Assembly (NCBI GenBank): GCA_963932905.1
Contig: CAWVRN010000008.1
Location: 66,047 to 130,046 of the forward strand
Direction: 5' to 3'
Length of the DNA stretch: 64,000 nt
DNA from: an uncultured Bdellovibrio sp.
GTDB taxonomy: Bacteria; Bdellovibrionota; Bdellovibrionia; Bdellovibrionales; Bdellovibrionaceae
Position numbers and translations under genes: made by a program. The notes below the pieces were generated by a model. The model saw only the letters and a program-made list of their open reading frames with translations, made no database searches and was not told where the DNA came from. Positions 29,392 to 39,065 of the stretch are shown one piece after another (the first letter of the stretch is position 1; every line of letters starts with the position of its first letter).

Positions 29392-29700
29392 CTAAGCTTT
29401 CATCAGGTCTTGAAGTTCACCGGACTGATACATTTCCATCATGATGTCAGATCCACCTACTAATTTTTTGTTGATGTAAAGTTGAGGAATTGTCGGCCAG
29501 TTGCCATAAACTTTGATACCATTTCTGATTTCTTCGTCTTCTAGTACGTTAACATCTTTGAATTTAACGCCAAGATCTTGAAGGATCGAACACGCGCGCG
29601 CAGAGAAGCCGCACATAGGAAAATTTTGATTTCCTTTCATGAATAGAACCACTGGATTTTCATTTAAAAGCGAATCGATTCTTTCGTTTACTGTAGACAT
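29392..29700 (-). CDS. grxD: Monothiol glutaredoxin Grx4
   Basis: LFMKG..P.CGFS, WPTIPQLY, GGSDI. Confidence 0.95.
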   Translation of the reverse strand: MSTVNERIDSLLNENPVVLFMKGNQNFPMCGFSARACSILQDLGVKFKDVNVLEDEEIRNGIKVYGNWPTIPQLYINKKLVGGSDIMMEMYQSGELQDLMKA

Positions 29701-29710
29701 AGTTTACCTC

Positions 29711-29932
29711 TTATATACTTTTAGTTTTTAGTGATAGGGCGTGAACTTCGCCAGTTTTTAACTCAGCATCAAATACTTTCATAACGTGCTGGTGCTGTTC
29801 AATACGACTAAGGCCGTTGAAGGCTTTAGATTCTACAACAACGTCAAAATGTACGTTGTCATCTGAAATTACGTTAACAATGGAACCCGGATAACTATTT
29901 TTAAGTCTTTCTAACATTTCATTTGCAGTCAT
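29711..29932 (-). CDS. BolA/IbaG-family protein
   Basis: HFDVVVES.AF.GLSRIEQH...VHALSLKT; adjacent to grxD. Confidence 0.9.
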   Translation of the reverse strand: MTANEMLERLKNSYPGSIVNVISDDNVHFDVVVESKAFNGLSRIEQHQHVMKVFDAELKTGEVHALSLKTKSI

Positions 29933-29986
29933 GCCTTGGAATTAGCACAATACAGAGCTTATAATCAAGCTATCTCATTGGAATCT

Positions 29987-31927
29987 ATGGAAATACACAG
30001 TTTTAAAGCCTTTAAAACATTTAATACGAATAAGCTAAATGCCTGGATGGGTCTTTACTTGAAAACCTTTGTAATAAGTATAGCCGTCTATTGCGTTCTG
30101 CGGGTTAGTTTTCTGGTTTGGAACTGGGGTTTATTTAAATCTATAGGGATTTCCGATATCACGAAGGCGATTTTTATGGGACCTCGGTTTGATGCCTGCG
30201 CCATGGCGATTTTGTTTCTGCCCTTATTTTTATTCACCTGTGTATTGCCCATTTTTGTTCCGCAACGATTTATTAAGGCTATTTGGCTTGTGATGTTGGG
30301 TTTGCTGCAAATTCCATTTTTGGTCTTGAATATCATCGACATAGAATTTTTCAATTTTGCGGGGCGCCGATTTACTCTGTCTAGTCTATTTATTTTTCAA
30401 GAAGCTCAAGGTAAACTGACTGGATTTTTTACGACGTATATCCCTGGTTGTGTTGCGGGATTCGCGTTGATTGTGCTTTACATGTGGTGGGTTCGTCGCG
30501 TTGTTAAAAGTTCTGATTTGGAAGTCGGTTCAAAAACAAAACATCTGCTGGGGCATTTTGCTTGGCTCATTGTGATGGTGGTTCTTGGGCGCGGTGGTTT
30601 TCAACAAAAACCAATCGATTTCGTGGACGCCAGCTTGTTTAATGCGCCGGTGTTGAACAATTTAGTATTAAATTCTACCTTCAGCCTAATTAAAAGTTCC
30701 GACAAAGATAAATTACCGCAAGTGCAGTTTTTTTCTAAGGCCGACGAGTATATCCCTTCGCTAAATGGGTTTGGGAACAAACCGTCTGCGATGGATGGAG
30801 TTCGTTTTAAAACTAAACAGAACGTTGTGATTATTTTACTTGAAAGCTTTGCGCTTGAGTACATGGGAAAACCAAATCATCAAGAAGGCTATACTCCATT
30901 TCTGGATAACTTAGCTGATAAATCTTTGTTCTTTCGCAACGCCTACGCCAATGGACGTCGATCCATTGAAGGCGTTTCTTCCATCGTTGCGGGTATACCA
31001 GCATTGATGAATGAAGCCTTCATTACGTCTGAATTTGCTTCGAATTATTTTGTCGGCTTAGGAAGTATTTTGTCAGAACAAAATTATCATTTATCTTTCT
31101 TTCATGGTGGCAACAACGGTACAATGTACTTTGATCGATTTACCAAAAGTGCGGGGATATCGAATTATTTTGGCGCAAATGAATATACGGGTGGCAAAGA
31201 AGATAATGATCAAGTTTGGGGAATATTTGATGGGCCATTTTTTAAATTTTATGCCGGCAAACTGAGTGAATTTCATCAACCCTTTTTCTCGATGATTTTT
31301 TCTTTGAGTTCCCATCATCCGTATACGATTCCTGAAGCGTTCAAAGGTAAGTATAAAAAAGGGTCATTAGAGATTTTGGAATCTATCCAGTACGCAGACG
31401 AAGCTCTTAAGGGATTTTTTGATTTTGCGCAAAAACAACCCTGGTATGAAAACACGCTTTTTATCGTAACTGCGGACCATACACAAAAAAATATCTTACC
31501 CGAATACGATAACGAGCTGGGGCATTTTCGCGTTCCTTTAATGTTTTTTCATCCTAAACTGACTTGGCCAAAGATGGATGTCCAAGTACCTGTCCAGCAC
31601 ATTGATATCTTGCCTTCTATTTTGGATTTCCTGGGCTTTGAGAATAAATTCAAAATCCTTTTAGGCGAGAGTGTATTTAAATCGACACCCGATAAAACCG
31701 TACTTTTGTTTAACGATAATTTATATTATCAAGTTGGACGTCAGTACGTTTCGGTTTGGGATAAGCATGGCGAAATTAGACACTACGCGGTTGACGACTT
31801 ACGGTTGGCAACCCCGCTGAATTTAGCACCTGAAATCAAGCTTTCCCTAGAGAAAAAGCTACGCGCCTCTATCCAGTACTTTAATCAAGGTATGTGGGAT
31901 AATCGACTATATTTCCCGAATAAATAA
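29987..31927 (+). CDS. LTA synthase-family (sulfatase/phosphoglycerol transferase) membrane protein
   Basis: About five N-terminal TMs; NVVIILLESF, TPFLD, GRRSIEG, SSHHPY, TADH, HIDILPS. The start is uncertain (29987 follows a TATAAT). Confidence 0.88.
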   Translation: MEIHSFKAFKTFNTNKLNAWMGLYLKTFVISIAVYCVLRVSFLVWNWGLFKSIGISDITKAIFMGPRFDACAMAILFLPLFLFTCVLPIFVPQRFIKAIWLVMLGLLQIPFLVLNIIDIEFFNFAGRRFTLSSLFIFQEAQGKLTGFFTTYIPGCVAGFALIVLYMWWVRRVVKSSDLEVGSKTKHLLGHFAWLIVMVVLGRGGFQQKPIDFVDASLFNAPVLNNLVLNSTFSLIKSSDKDKLPQVQFFSKADEYIPSLNGFGNKPSAMDGVRFKTKQNVVIILLESFALEYMGKPNHQEGYTPFLDNLADKSLFFRNAYANGRRSIEGVSSIVAGIPALMNEAFITSEFASNYFVGLGSILSEQNYHLSFFHGGNNGTMYFDRFTKSAGISNYFGANEYTGGKEDNDQVWGIFDGPFFKFYAGKLSEFHQPFFSMIFSLSSHHPYTIPEAFKGKYKKGSLEILESIQYADEALKGFFDFAQKQPWYENTLFIVTADHTQKNILPEYDNELGHFRVPLMFFHPKLTWPKMDVQVPVQHIDILPSILDFLGFENKFKILLGESVFKSTPDKTVLLFNDNLYYQVGRQYVSVWDKHGEIRHYAVDDLRLATPLNLAPEIKLSLEKKLRASIQYFNQGMWDNRLYFPNK

Positions 31928-31941
31928 GTCATAATAGTTCC

Positions 31942-32490
31942 ATGGTCCTTTTATATGCGTTTGAAAATAAGAAAGAAAACATCAGAGTTTCGGCTGACTA
32001 TCAATTGCAAGGAAATCAGCTCAGTGTTTCGTTCCTTGTTGATGATAAAGATCAGGAACTGGAAGATTTTTATCCGTTTGAATTTGGAAAATCTGTGGCT
32101 GGTTCGGTATTTCCATTAGAAAATCTATGGACGACCACGTGTTTTGAGATTTTTTTAAAGAACGAAAATAGTTCTGATTATTACGAATTTAATTTTAACT
32201 CTAAGGCTGAATGGAATGTTTTCTATTTTTCAGAGTATCGTAAACGGGTTGAAGGATATAAAAGCTCTTTAGAAATTAAAATGCAAACTCAAATGATGGC
32301 TGGTCGTCCGTTATTAACGTATTCGTTCGATATTTTGAAATTAGTAAATCTGAAACTGCCAGCGCAAATTAACTTGTCGACGGTGACAAAAGGGAAAGTC
32401 GGAATTTCTTATTGGTCGCAAAAGCACAATGGCCACAAAGCAGATTTTCATGATCCAAAAAACTTCACATTAACTTTGAACTCTAGATAG
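31942..32490 (+). CDS. DOMON-like domain protein
   Basis: LWTTTCFEIF, YYEFNF...W..F.F..YR, SYWS..H....DFH motifs. Confidence 0.72.
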   Translation: MVLLYAFENKKENIRVSADYQLQGNQLSVSFLVDDKDQELEDFYPFEFGKSVAGSVFPLENLWTTTCFEIFLKNENSSDYYEFNFNSKAEWNVFYFSEYRKRVEGYKSSLEIKMQTQMMAGRPLLTYSFDILKLVNLKLPAQINLSTVTKGKVGISYWSQKHNGHKADFHDPKNFTLTLNSR

Positions 32491-32503
32491 AAGGTAGAAA
32501 CTT

Positions 32504-33703
32504 ATGGGTAACCAATTCAAATTAGGACTTGAAGCGCTAGTCGGACAAAAACAATATACCGATTTATTAAAAACCAAGAGGGTCGCGCTAGTGGCTCACC
32601 CAGCTTCCGTCACGGCGGATCTTGAACACAGTATCGATTATCTAAAACGTCATCAAGTAAACGTGACATGTTGTTTTGGTCCTCAGCACGGTATGCGCGG
32701 CGAAAAGCAAGATAACATGGTTGAGAGTGAAGATTACCTAGATCCGATTCATAAAATTCCCGTATATAGTTTATACGGCGAGCATCGTCGTCCGATTAAA
32801 AAATGGATGGATCAATTTGATGTCTGTTTGTTTGATCTGCAAGATGTGGGTACTCGTATTTATACTTTTTTGACTACGCTTTTGTACATGATGGAAGCCT
32901 GTGCTCAAGAAAAGAAATTATTAATTGTTCTAGATCGACCCAATCCTGCGGGTCGTCCGGTTGAAGGTATGACATTAGTTAAAGGCTGGGAAAGCTTTGT
33001 CGGTGCTTCTGTTATTCCTATGCGCCATGGAATGACGTTGGGTGAAATGGCATTGTGGTTTAAAGAGAATCACAAAATTAATTTGGAAATGGTGATTGCG
33101 AAGATGGAGAATTATTCTAGTGTAGCACCTTGGCCAATAGGGATGCCATGGGTGAACCCAAGTCCGAATGCTGCGAATGTTTATATGGCTCGTGCGTTTC
33201 CTGGGACGGTGATGGTCGAAGGAACACATTTTTCTGAAGGCCGTGGAACGACTCGTCCTTTAGAAGTGGTAGGGGCGCCTGATATTGATGTACAAAAAGT
33301 TTTGACTCACATGGAATCTTTGAATGCTGATTGGATGAAGGGTTGCAAAATTCGAACATGCTTTTTTGAGCCGACATTTCACAAGCATCAAAAAAAGTTA
33401 TGTCAGGGCTTTCAAATCCACACCGATGGTCCATTCTACGACGAGGCGCAGTTTAAGCCTTATAGATTGATGACTCTATTTTTTAAAGCCGTAAGGAATC
33501 TGTATCCCAGCTATGAAATCTGGAGAGATTTTCCGTATGAATACGAAATGGATCGATTAGCGATCGATTTGATCAATGGAAGTGATGCACTTAGAAATTG
33601 GGTGGATTCAAAATCGTCAAAAGTCGAGGATTTTGAAAACGAATGTCGACGATCTGAGAGTGCGTGGTTGATGGAAAGAAAACCGTTTTTGCTCTATCCT
33701 TAG
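32504..33703 (+). CDS. namZ: DUF1343-family exo-beta-N-acetylmuramidase (NamZ-like)
   Basis: FGPQHG, YSLYG, FDLQDVGTRIYTF, LDRPNP, RHGMTLGE, PSPN, SEGRGTTRP. Confidence 0.88.
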   Translation: MGNQFKLGLEALVGQKQYTDLLKTKRVALVAHPASVTADLEHSIDYLKRHQVNVTCCFGPQHGMRGEKQDNMVESEDYLDPIHKIPVYSLYGEHRRPIKKWMDQFDVCLFDLQDVGTRIYTFLTTLLYMMEACAQEKKLLIVLDRPNPAGRPVEGMTLVKGWESFVGASVIPMRHGMTLGEMALWFKENHKINLEMVIAKMENYSSVAPWPIGMPWVNPSPNAANVYMARAFPGTVMVEGTHFSEGRGTTRPLEVVGAPDIDVQKVLTHMESLNADWMKGCKIRTCFFEPTFHKHQKKLCQGFQIHTDGPFYDEAQFKPYRLMTLFFKAVRNLYPSYEIWRDFPYEYEMDRLAIDLINGSDALRNWVDSKSSKVEDFENECRRSESAWLMERKPFLLYP

Positions 33704-33764
33704 GGCCAGTCCGTATAAGAATTATTTAGTTCGGAAACAAGCGAAATAGGTCGATAATAATAAC

Positions 33765-35315
33765 ATGAAATACATATCGATCGCCATTTTAACTGCTGCA
33801 TTTATTTTTGGTTTCGGTTTGAACTTTGCCAAGGCGCAAGAGCAAGTTATAGAACAATCCTCAGAATCTGCACCCGTATCGGCGGCAGTAAGTTCGACAA
33901 AAACTCTGGTGCCGAAAGCGGAAAAATCAGATAAGAAAAATGAAGTACCAACACCGGTTCCTTCTCCTCCTGCGAAAAGTCCAACAATGATTACGCCGCC
34001 TGTGAAGCCCGCAACTTCGTCTGGTACCCCAGCAACTCCGGTTACGGTCGCAACAGATACTCCTGCTGTAAGTTTGGGTTCGTGCAATTGCAAATTAGGG
34101 AACTCAACAGAAAACCGAGTTGAATTGGAAGACGCGAATAAATGTTCCAAAGACAGATTGTATTTTCAAACAAGTTTGAAAAAGATTGATCCTCTATTTT
34201 TAAAAGCGCGCACGGAAAAAGAAGATGGGCAGTTTCCAATGGCTTGTGTTGGCTATATCATGAGAAAATTTTTAGATGCCAGCACCAGGCCGTCTCGCTT
34301 CTATTCCTACTGTTCACGACCGGTTGGGCAACCAGTTCGACCAAAGAAAACCCATTGCGTAACGGAAGAATATGTGACGTCCGTATATAACTCCTATGTT
34401 GATGTGTTAGATTGTTTGGATGTGCCTCAGCGCGATTTAATTCCTAAGCTTTACAACGAGAGTGGATTTCATATTAATACGTTAGGTTCGGGAATGGACG
34501 CGGGAGTGGGACAACTGACGGGTCCGGCCATTTCTTCAGTTCAGCAATTGGCAGTTTTTGATGGAAGAAATATGACCTGGCTTGAAAACTTCAAAGAGGA
34601 AGTGGGTAAAAGTTCTAAACCATCGTGCCAGCGTATTGCCAAGATTCCGGGGCTGTTTAGCAAAATATCGGTGGATTCATCACAACGCTGCGGTTTGATT
34701 GCCGCGCCAGAAAATCCTTTGAAAAACGTTCTGTATATGGGAATTTTCTATCACTACATGTTGCGATCACAAACAGGGGCTCGTTTTTACAAAGGCTACA
34801 CTTATTTACCCAAAGGTGACAAAGGTGAAGAACTAGTTGCGATGGATTACAAAAGCAAAGATGTAGAACTCTCTGGGTATTTTGCAGAATATAGAGTGAA
34901 ATCACGAATTCAGGCGTTGGGTATCGAAAAACCCAATATGCAAGCGTTAAGACAAATGATGATTACCCTGGGCTATAATTCTGGAATGGGGTCTGCGTTT
35001 ATCTTTTTGGACAGATATTTAAAAGCTCGAGAGCAAAGAAAATTGAAATTACAAGAATCTGACTTCGATTTTCAGAAATACTTTTATTCGAATTATGCCA
35101 AAAAACTAAAGGATCCGAAAGAGGAAGCGCAGCGGTTAAAATATATGAAAATAATCAGGTCAGCACCTTATAAAACGCCGTTTCCGATTTTCTTACGTGT
35201 CATGCAAAGAACGGGAACTCCAGGGTACTTGTCAGCGGTGTCGAATAAATTGTTACAACTTGATCAAGAAATGGGTGAAGGAATATGTACAACTCCAGGA
35301 TTTTTAAGGTTTTAA
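33765..35315 (+). CDS. Secreted lysozyme-like/lytic-transglycosylase-fold protein, divergent
   Basis: Signal peptide, Pro/Thr/Ser-rich linker, then NESGF (catalytic Glu), GVGQLT, GYNSG and TPGYL in the order of the SLT motifs. Confidence 0.65.
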   Translation: MKYISIAILTAAFIFGFGLNFAKAQEQVIEQSSESAPVSAAVSSTKTLVPKAEKSDKKNEVPTPVPSPPAKSPTMITPPVKPATSSGTPATPVTVATDTPAVSLGSCNCKLGNSTENRVELEDANKCSKDRLYFQTSLKKIDPLFLKARTEKEDGQFPMACVGYIMRKFLDASTRPSRFYSYCSRPVGQPVRPKKTHCVTEEYVTSVYNSYVDVLDCLDVPQRDLIPKLYNESGFHINTLGSGMDAGVGQLTGPAISSVQQLAVFDGRNMTWLENFKEEVGKSSKPSCQRIAKIPGLFSKISVDSSQRCGLIAAPENPLKNVLYMGIFYHYMLRSQTGARFYKGYTYLPKGDKGEELVAMDYKSKDVELSGYFAEYRVKSRIQALGIEKPNMQALRQMMITLGYNSGMGSAFIFLDRYLKAREQRKLKLQESDFDFQKYFYSNYAKKLKDPKEEAQRLKYMKIIRSAPYKTPFPIFLRVMQRTGTPGYLSAVSNKLLQLDQEMGEGICTTPGFLRF

Positions 35316-35830
35316 TTTTATCCACGGTTTCTTTAACGTTCCTTGTGGGCTTTAAGGAGAAATTTTCTGAACAGAATCAAACCGGGTCGCCTCGAATTAA
35401 GAAAGACGTGAAAACAGACGTAGTTCCATCTAAAGAGCTGCCAATAGACGATGAAGAACCTATCGTGCTTGAAAACGGACCGGCGTCTGATGATCGCCGA
35501 AAGTTCGATGGTTGGTATGCACAGCTTGAAGACAAAATACGTAACAAAAAAACGATTCAAGAAAAAGTTGAACTATTGCATCAAGGTTTGGCACAAATTG
35601 AAAAAGACCGCGAACAGCTTCAGAACTTAAAATTTAATGAAGAAATAGAGATCGATTTTCTTATTAAACCGCTTAAGTTGATGCCGAAAGTTAGTCAGTT
35701 TAAAACTGAAAAATGTAATGACTATAAAATGGAAATTCTTTCTCATTTTGATCCCACGTCGGAAGATGAAGTTAAAGATCCCGCTTTAAAAAAAGCCCTA
35801 TCTGTGTTTAAATTAATATGCACTAACTAG
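35285..35830 (+). CDS. Hypothetical exported or membrane-anchored protein
   Basis: N-terminal hydrophobic segment, helical charged body, two Cys; overlaps the upstream gene. Confidence 0.7.
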   Translation: MYNSRIFKVLILSTVSLTFLVGFKEKFSEQNQTGSPRIKKDVKTDVVPSKELPIDDEEPIVLENGPASDDRRKFDGWYAQLEDKIRNKKTIQEKVELLHQGLAQIEKDREQLQNLKFNEEIEIDFLIKPLKLMPKVSQFKTEKCNDYKMEILSHFDPTSEDEVKDPALKKALSVFKLICTN

Positions 35831-35838
35831 GGACGTGC

Positions 35839-36309
35839 ATGAGCAAATTTTTTTATAGAACGACGGACGAAGCCAACTTCACAAATGTATTTTTTGATGG
35901 GCCGATCAACGAAACGTTCAATTCGTTCGATCTGAAGGTCAATCGTGATAAAAGTGTTCGCTTTGATTTCAACAACGTATCTACTATAAATTCTATTGGC
36001 ATTCGCTATTGGATAGCCTGGATTCATAAAAATCCAGGCGTCGTGTTTCACTTTAGACACGTACCTGTTTGCATCGTTGATCAAATCAATAACGTAAGTG
36101 ATTTCATGCCGTCAGGTACAACAGTTGAATCATTCTATGTTCCCTATTACAGCGAACATACCGGCGAAGAAAAACACGAGCTCTACATAGATAAAAAAGA
36201 TTTCCAACGTGGTAAAGTTCCCGCCACTAAACACATCGAGGATTCTCAAGGTAGTCCGATGGAAATCGATGTGTATCCACAGAAATATTTTAAATTTCTT
36301 TTGAAATAG
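35839..36309 (+). CDS. STAS-like (anti-sigma-factor antagonist) domain protein
   Basis: DGPINE, FDFNNVSTINSIGIRYW (phospho-acceptor Ser position), IVDQIN, VESFYVPY. Confidence 0.72.
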   Translation: MSKFFYRTTDEANFTNVFFDGPINETFNSFDLKVNRDKSVRFDFNNVSTINSIGIRYWIAWIHKNPGVVFHFRHVPVCIVDQINNVSDFMPSGTTVESFYVPYYSEHTGEEKHELYIDKKDFQRGKVPATKHIEDSQGSPMEIDVYPQKYFKFLLK

Positions 36310-36347
36310 AGACCTATAATCGCTGTAGCTGTTTGTCCCTGCGTCAG

Positions 36348-37757
36348 TTACATTTGTCGTTGGCGTTTCTCGACGGCTAGCGCTGCTTCGCGAACGGCTT
36401 CACTCAAAGTCGGGTGGGCGTGGAAACTGCGTGCTAGATCTTCACTGCTGCCACCGAATTCCATGCAGACTACGATTTCATGAATCAATTCTGATACGTT
36501 TGGTCCTACAAGTGCGGCACCTAACAGACGATCTGTTTTCTTGTCGGCGATGATTTTTACAAATCCTTCAGTGTCCGCTTTCGCACGGGCACGCCCATTG
36601 GCCATGAACGGGAACTTTCCAACGTTAACTTCTATGCCGTCTTTTTTTGCTTGTTCTTCAGATAAACCAACCGTCGCGACTTCCGGGTGAGTGTAGATAA
36701 CACCTGGTACTGTGTTGTAATTAACGTGTCCGGCTTGGCCAACTAACATTTCCGCTAAAGCCACGCCTTCTTCTTCGGCTTTGTGAGCTAGCATGGGGCC
36801 CACAATAACGTCACCGATTGCATAGATGCCTGGGACATTTGTTTTGAAATGACCGTCAGTTACGATGCGACCCTGAGGATCTTTTTGGATGCCGACGTCT
36901 TCACAACCTAGGCCATTTGTAAATGGACGACGTCCCGTTGATACAAGTACGACATCCGCAGTGATTTTACCTTTTTTACCGTCAGTCAGTGATTCGAATT
37001 CGATATCCACGTTTTTCGCGTTCTTTTGTGCCGCGAATACTTTTGTTGATAACATGAATTCAATACCCTGTTTTTGCATTTTTGATTTTACAACATTCAT
37101 GCAGTCTTGATCAGTCGCACCGCCTAAACGGTCCGAATATTCAATGACAGTTACTTTCGTTCCTAATCGCTGCCAAACAGAACCTAATTCTAAACCGATA
37201 ACACCACCGCCAACGACAACAAGACTCGCGGGCACTGATTTCAATGCTAGGGCACCTGTATTGGATACGATACGTTCTTCATCAAACTTTAAGAAAGGTA
37301 ATTCAGCCGGGGCACTGCCGGTGGCGATGACAATGTTTTTAGCCGTGATCACTTTTTTAGTGCCATCGTTCGCGGTCACTTCAACGTGATTTGCTTTTAA
37401 GATTTTGCCGAAACCTTGAATGCCCGTGATTTTGTTTTTCTTGAATAGAAAACTGATACCTTCCGTATTTTGCTTAACGACTTTATCTTTTCTTGCCATC
37501 ATCACATCAAGATTCAAAGTCACCGTTGGAATTTCCACGCCGTGAGCTTTTAAATCCTTTTGAGCCGCTACGTAATGTTCCGAAGATTCTAATAACGCTT
37601 TTGAAGGGATGCAGCCTACATTTAAGCATGTCCCGCCATAGGTTGGATCCTTTTCGATAACCGCAGTTTTTAAACCAAGTTGCGCGCAACGAATTGCACC
37701 GACATAACCACCAGGGCCGCTACCAATTACTACTACATCAAATTCAAAATCAGCCAT
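36348..37757 (-). CDS. lpdA: Dihydrolipoyl dehydrogenase (E3)
   Basis: GSGPGGY, GGTCLNVGCIPSK, HAHPTLSE. Confidence 0.97.
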   Translation of the reverse strand: MADFEFDVVVIGSGPGGYVGAIRCAQLGLKTAVIEKDPTYGGTCLNVGCIPSKALLESSEHYVAAQKDLKAHGVEIPTVTLNLDVMMARKDKVVKQNTEGISFLFKKNKITGIQGFGKILKANHVEVTANDGTKKVITAKNIVIATGSAPAELPFLKFDEERIVSNTGALALKSVPASLVVVGGGVIGLELGSVWQRLGTKVTVIEYSDRLGGATDQDCMNVVKSKMQKQGIEFMLSTKVFAAQKNAKNVDIEFESLTDGKKGKITADVVLVSTGRRPFTNGLGCEDVGIQKDPQGRIVTDGHFKTNVPGIYAIGDVIVGPMLAHKAEEEGVALAEMLVGQAGHVNYNTVPGVIYTHPEVATVGLSEEQAKKDGIEVNVGKFPFMANGRARAKADTEGFVKIIADKKTDRLLGAALVGPNVSELIHEIVVCMEFGGSSEDLARSFHAHPTLSEAVREAALAVEKRQRQM

Positions 37758-37786
37758 AAAATCCTCGCAAGACTTTCTATAAAATA

Positions 37787-39049
37787 TTATACACCAATTA
37801 ACAGACGTTCTGGATCTTCAACGCCTTCTTTAATTTTAACCAAGAAACCAACGCTTTCCTTACCATCAATAATTCTGTGGTCGTACGAAAGAGCCAAGTA
37901 CATCATCGGACGAGCCACGATTTGACCATTGATAACTACGGCGCGATCTTCCACCTTATGCATTCCTAAGATAGCACTTTGTGGTGCGTTTAAAATGGGA
38001 GTACTCATCAATGAACCAAAGACGCCACCGTTAGTGATAGAGAACGTTCCGCCATTTAAGTCATCAACGCCGATTTTTCCGTCACGCGCTTTCAAAGCGT
38101 AATTGCGAATCGCGTTTTCGATTTCAAATAGGCTCATTTGATCGGCGTCTTTGATAACTGGAACCATCAATCCACGCTCAGTGCTGACTGCGATACCGAT
38201 GTTGTAATAATTGTGATATTCGATATCTGTTCCGTTAATATAGGCATTGACGTTAGGGTAGGCTTTCAAGGCTTCGATAACGGCTTTCGTGAAGAAACCC
38301 ATCATTCCCAAGTTGATGCCATATTTTTCTTTGAATTTGTCTTTGTATTTTGCGCGAATATCATTCAGTTTGGTCATGTCGACTTCGTTGAATGTCGTTA
38401 GCAATGCTGTTGTATTTTTTGCTTCCACTAAACGTTCCGCAATTTTCTTGCGGATGGTTGTCATGGGAACTAACTTTTTCTCGCCCTGTCTTGAAGCTGT
38501 GTTGCCCGCAGGGAACAAAGGAGCTTGTGTTGGAGTCGCTGGTTTGCTTGACGTTGTTTCTGTCGTTTTTTGAACTGCTGGCGCGGCACTATTAGAACCT
38601 AAGCTCATCAGTACATCACCTTTAGTCAAACGGCCGTCTTTGCCAGTCCCAGACATTCCCGCAGTATTTAAATTGTTTTCAGTTACAAGTTTTTGAACGG
38701 CTGGAGACAATGGTTTACCTTCAGATGACGCCGCTGACATAGGCTGAGCTTGCTGTTGAGGCGCTTCTGCTTTTTTTGCTTCTGCTGCTGGCGCGGCTGT
38801 CGCCGTGGCTTTACCATCGGAATCAATTGTTGCTACCGTCGCGCCAATTTTAACAACTTCGCCAGCTTGAGCCGTGATATTTAAAACGCCGTCGTTTTCG
38901 GCGATGACTTCTACGCTGGCTTTGTCTGTTTCTAAAAGAAGAAGAACGTCGTTACGTTTAACAGCTTCACCATTTTTTTTGTTCCAGCTTCCAATAGTTG
39001 CTTCTGTTACGGATTCGCCTACAGCAGGAACTTTTACGTCGATTTTCAT
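37787..39049 (-). CDS. sucB: 2-oxoglutarate dehydrogenase E2 (succinyltransferase)
   Basis: Lipoyl domain [26 protein letters not shown]. Confidence 0.97.
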   Translation of the reverse strand: MKIDVKVPAVGESVTEATIGSWNKKNGEAVKRNDVLLLLETDKASVEVIAENDGVLNITAQAGEVVKIGATVATIDSDGKATATAAPAAEAKKAEAPQQQAQPMSAASSEGKPLSPAVQKLVTENNLNTAGMSGTGKDGRLTKGDVLMSLGSNSAAPAVQKTTETTSSKPATPTQAPLFPAGNTASRQGEKKLVPMTTIRKKIAERLVEAKNTTALLTTFNEVDMTKLNDIRAKYKDKFKEKYGINLGMMGFFTKAVIEALKAYPNVNAYINGTDIEYHNYYNIGIAVSTERGLMVPVIKDADQMSLFEIENAIRNYALKARDGKIGVDDLNGGTFSITNGGVFGSLMSTPILNAPQSAILGMHKVEDRAVVINGQIVARPMMYLALSYDHRIIDGKESVGFLVKIKEGVEDPERLLIGV

Positions 39050-39065
39050 TTTAACTCCTTCTTCC

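Noticed and set aside
33726..33757. Sigma-28 promoter before the lysozyme-fold gene (GTCGATAA at 33750-33757)
   Set aside because: The -10 match is good, but there is no -35 element at 15-bp spacing.
33722..34150. 142-aa antisense ORF, and the many other short shadow ORFs in the track
   Set aside because: They lie opposite or out of frame within well-supported genes and show no protein motifs.
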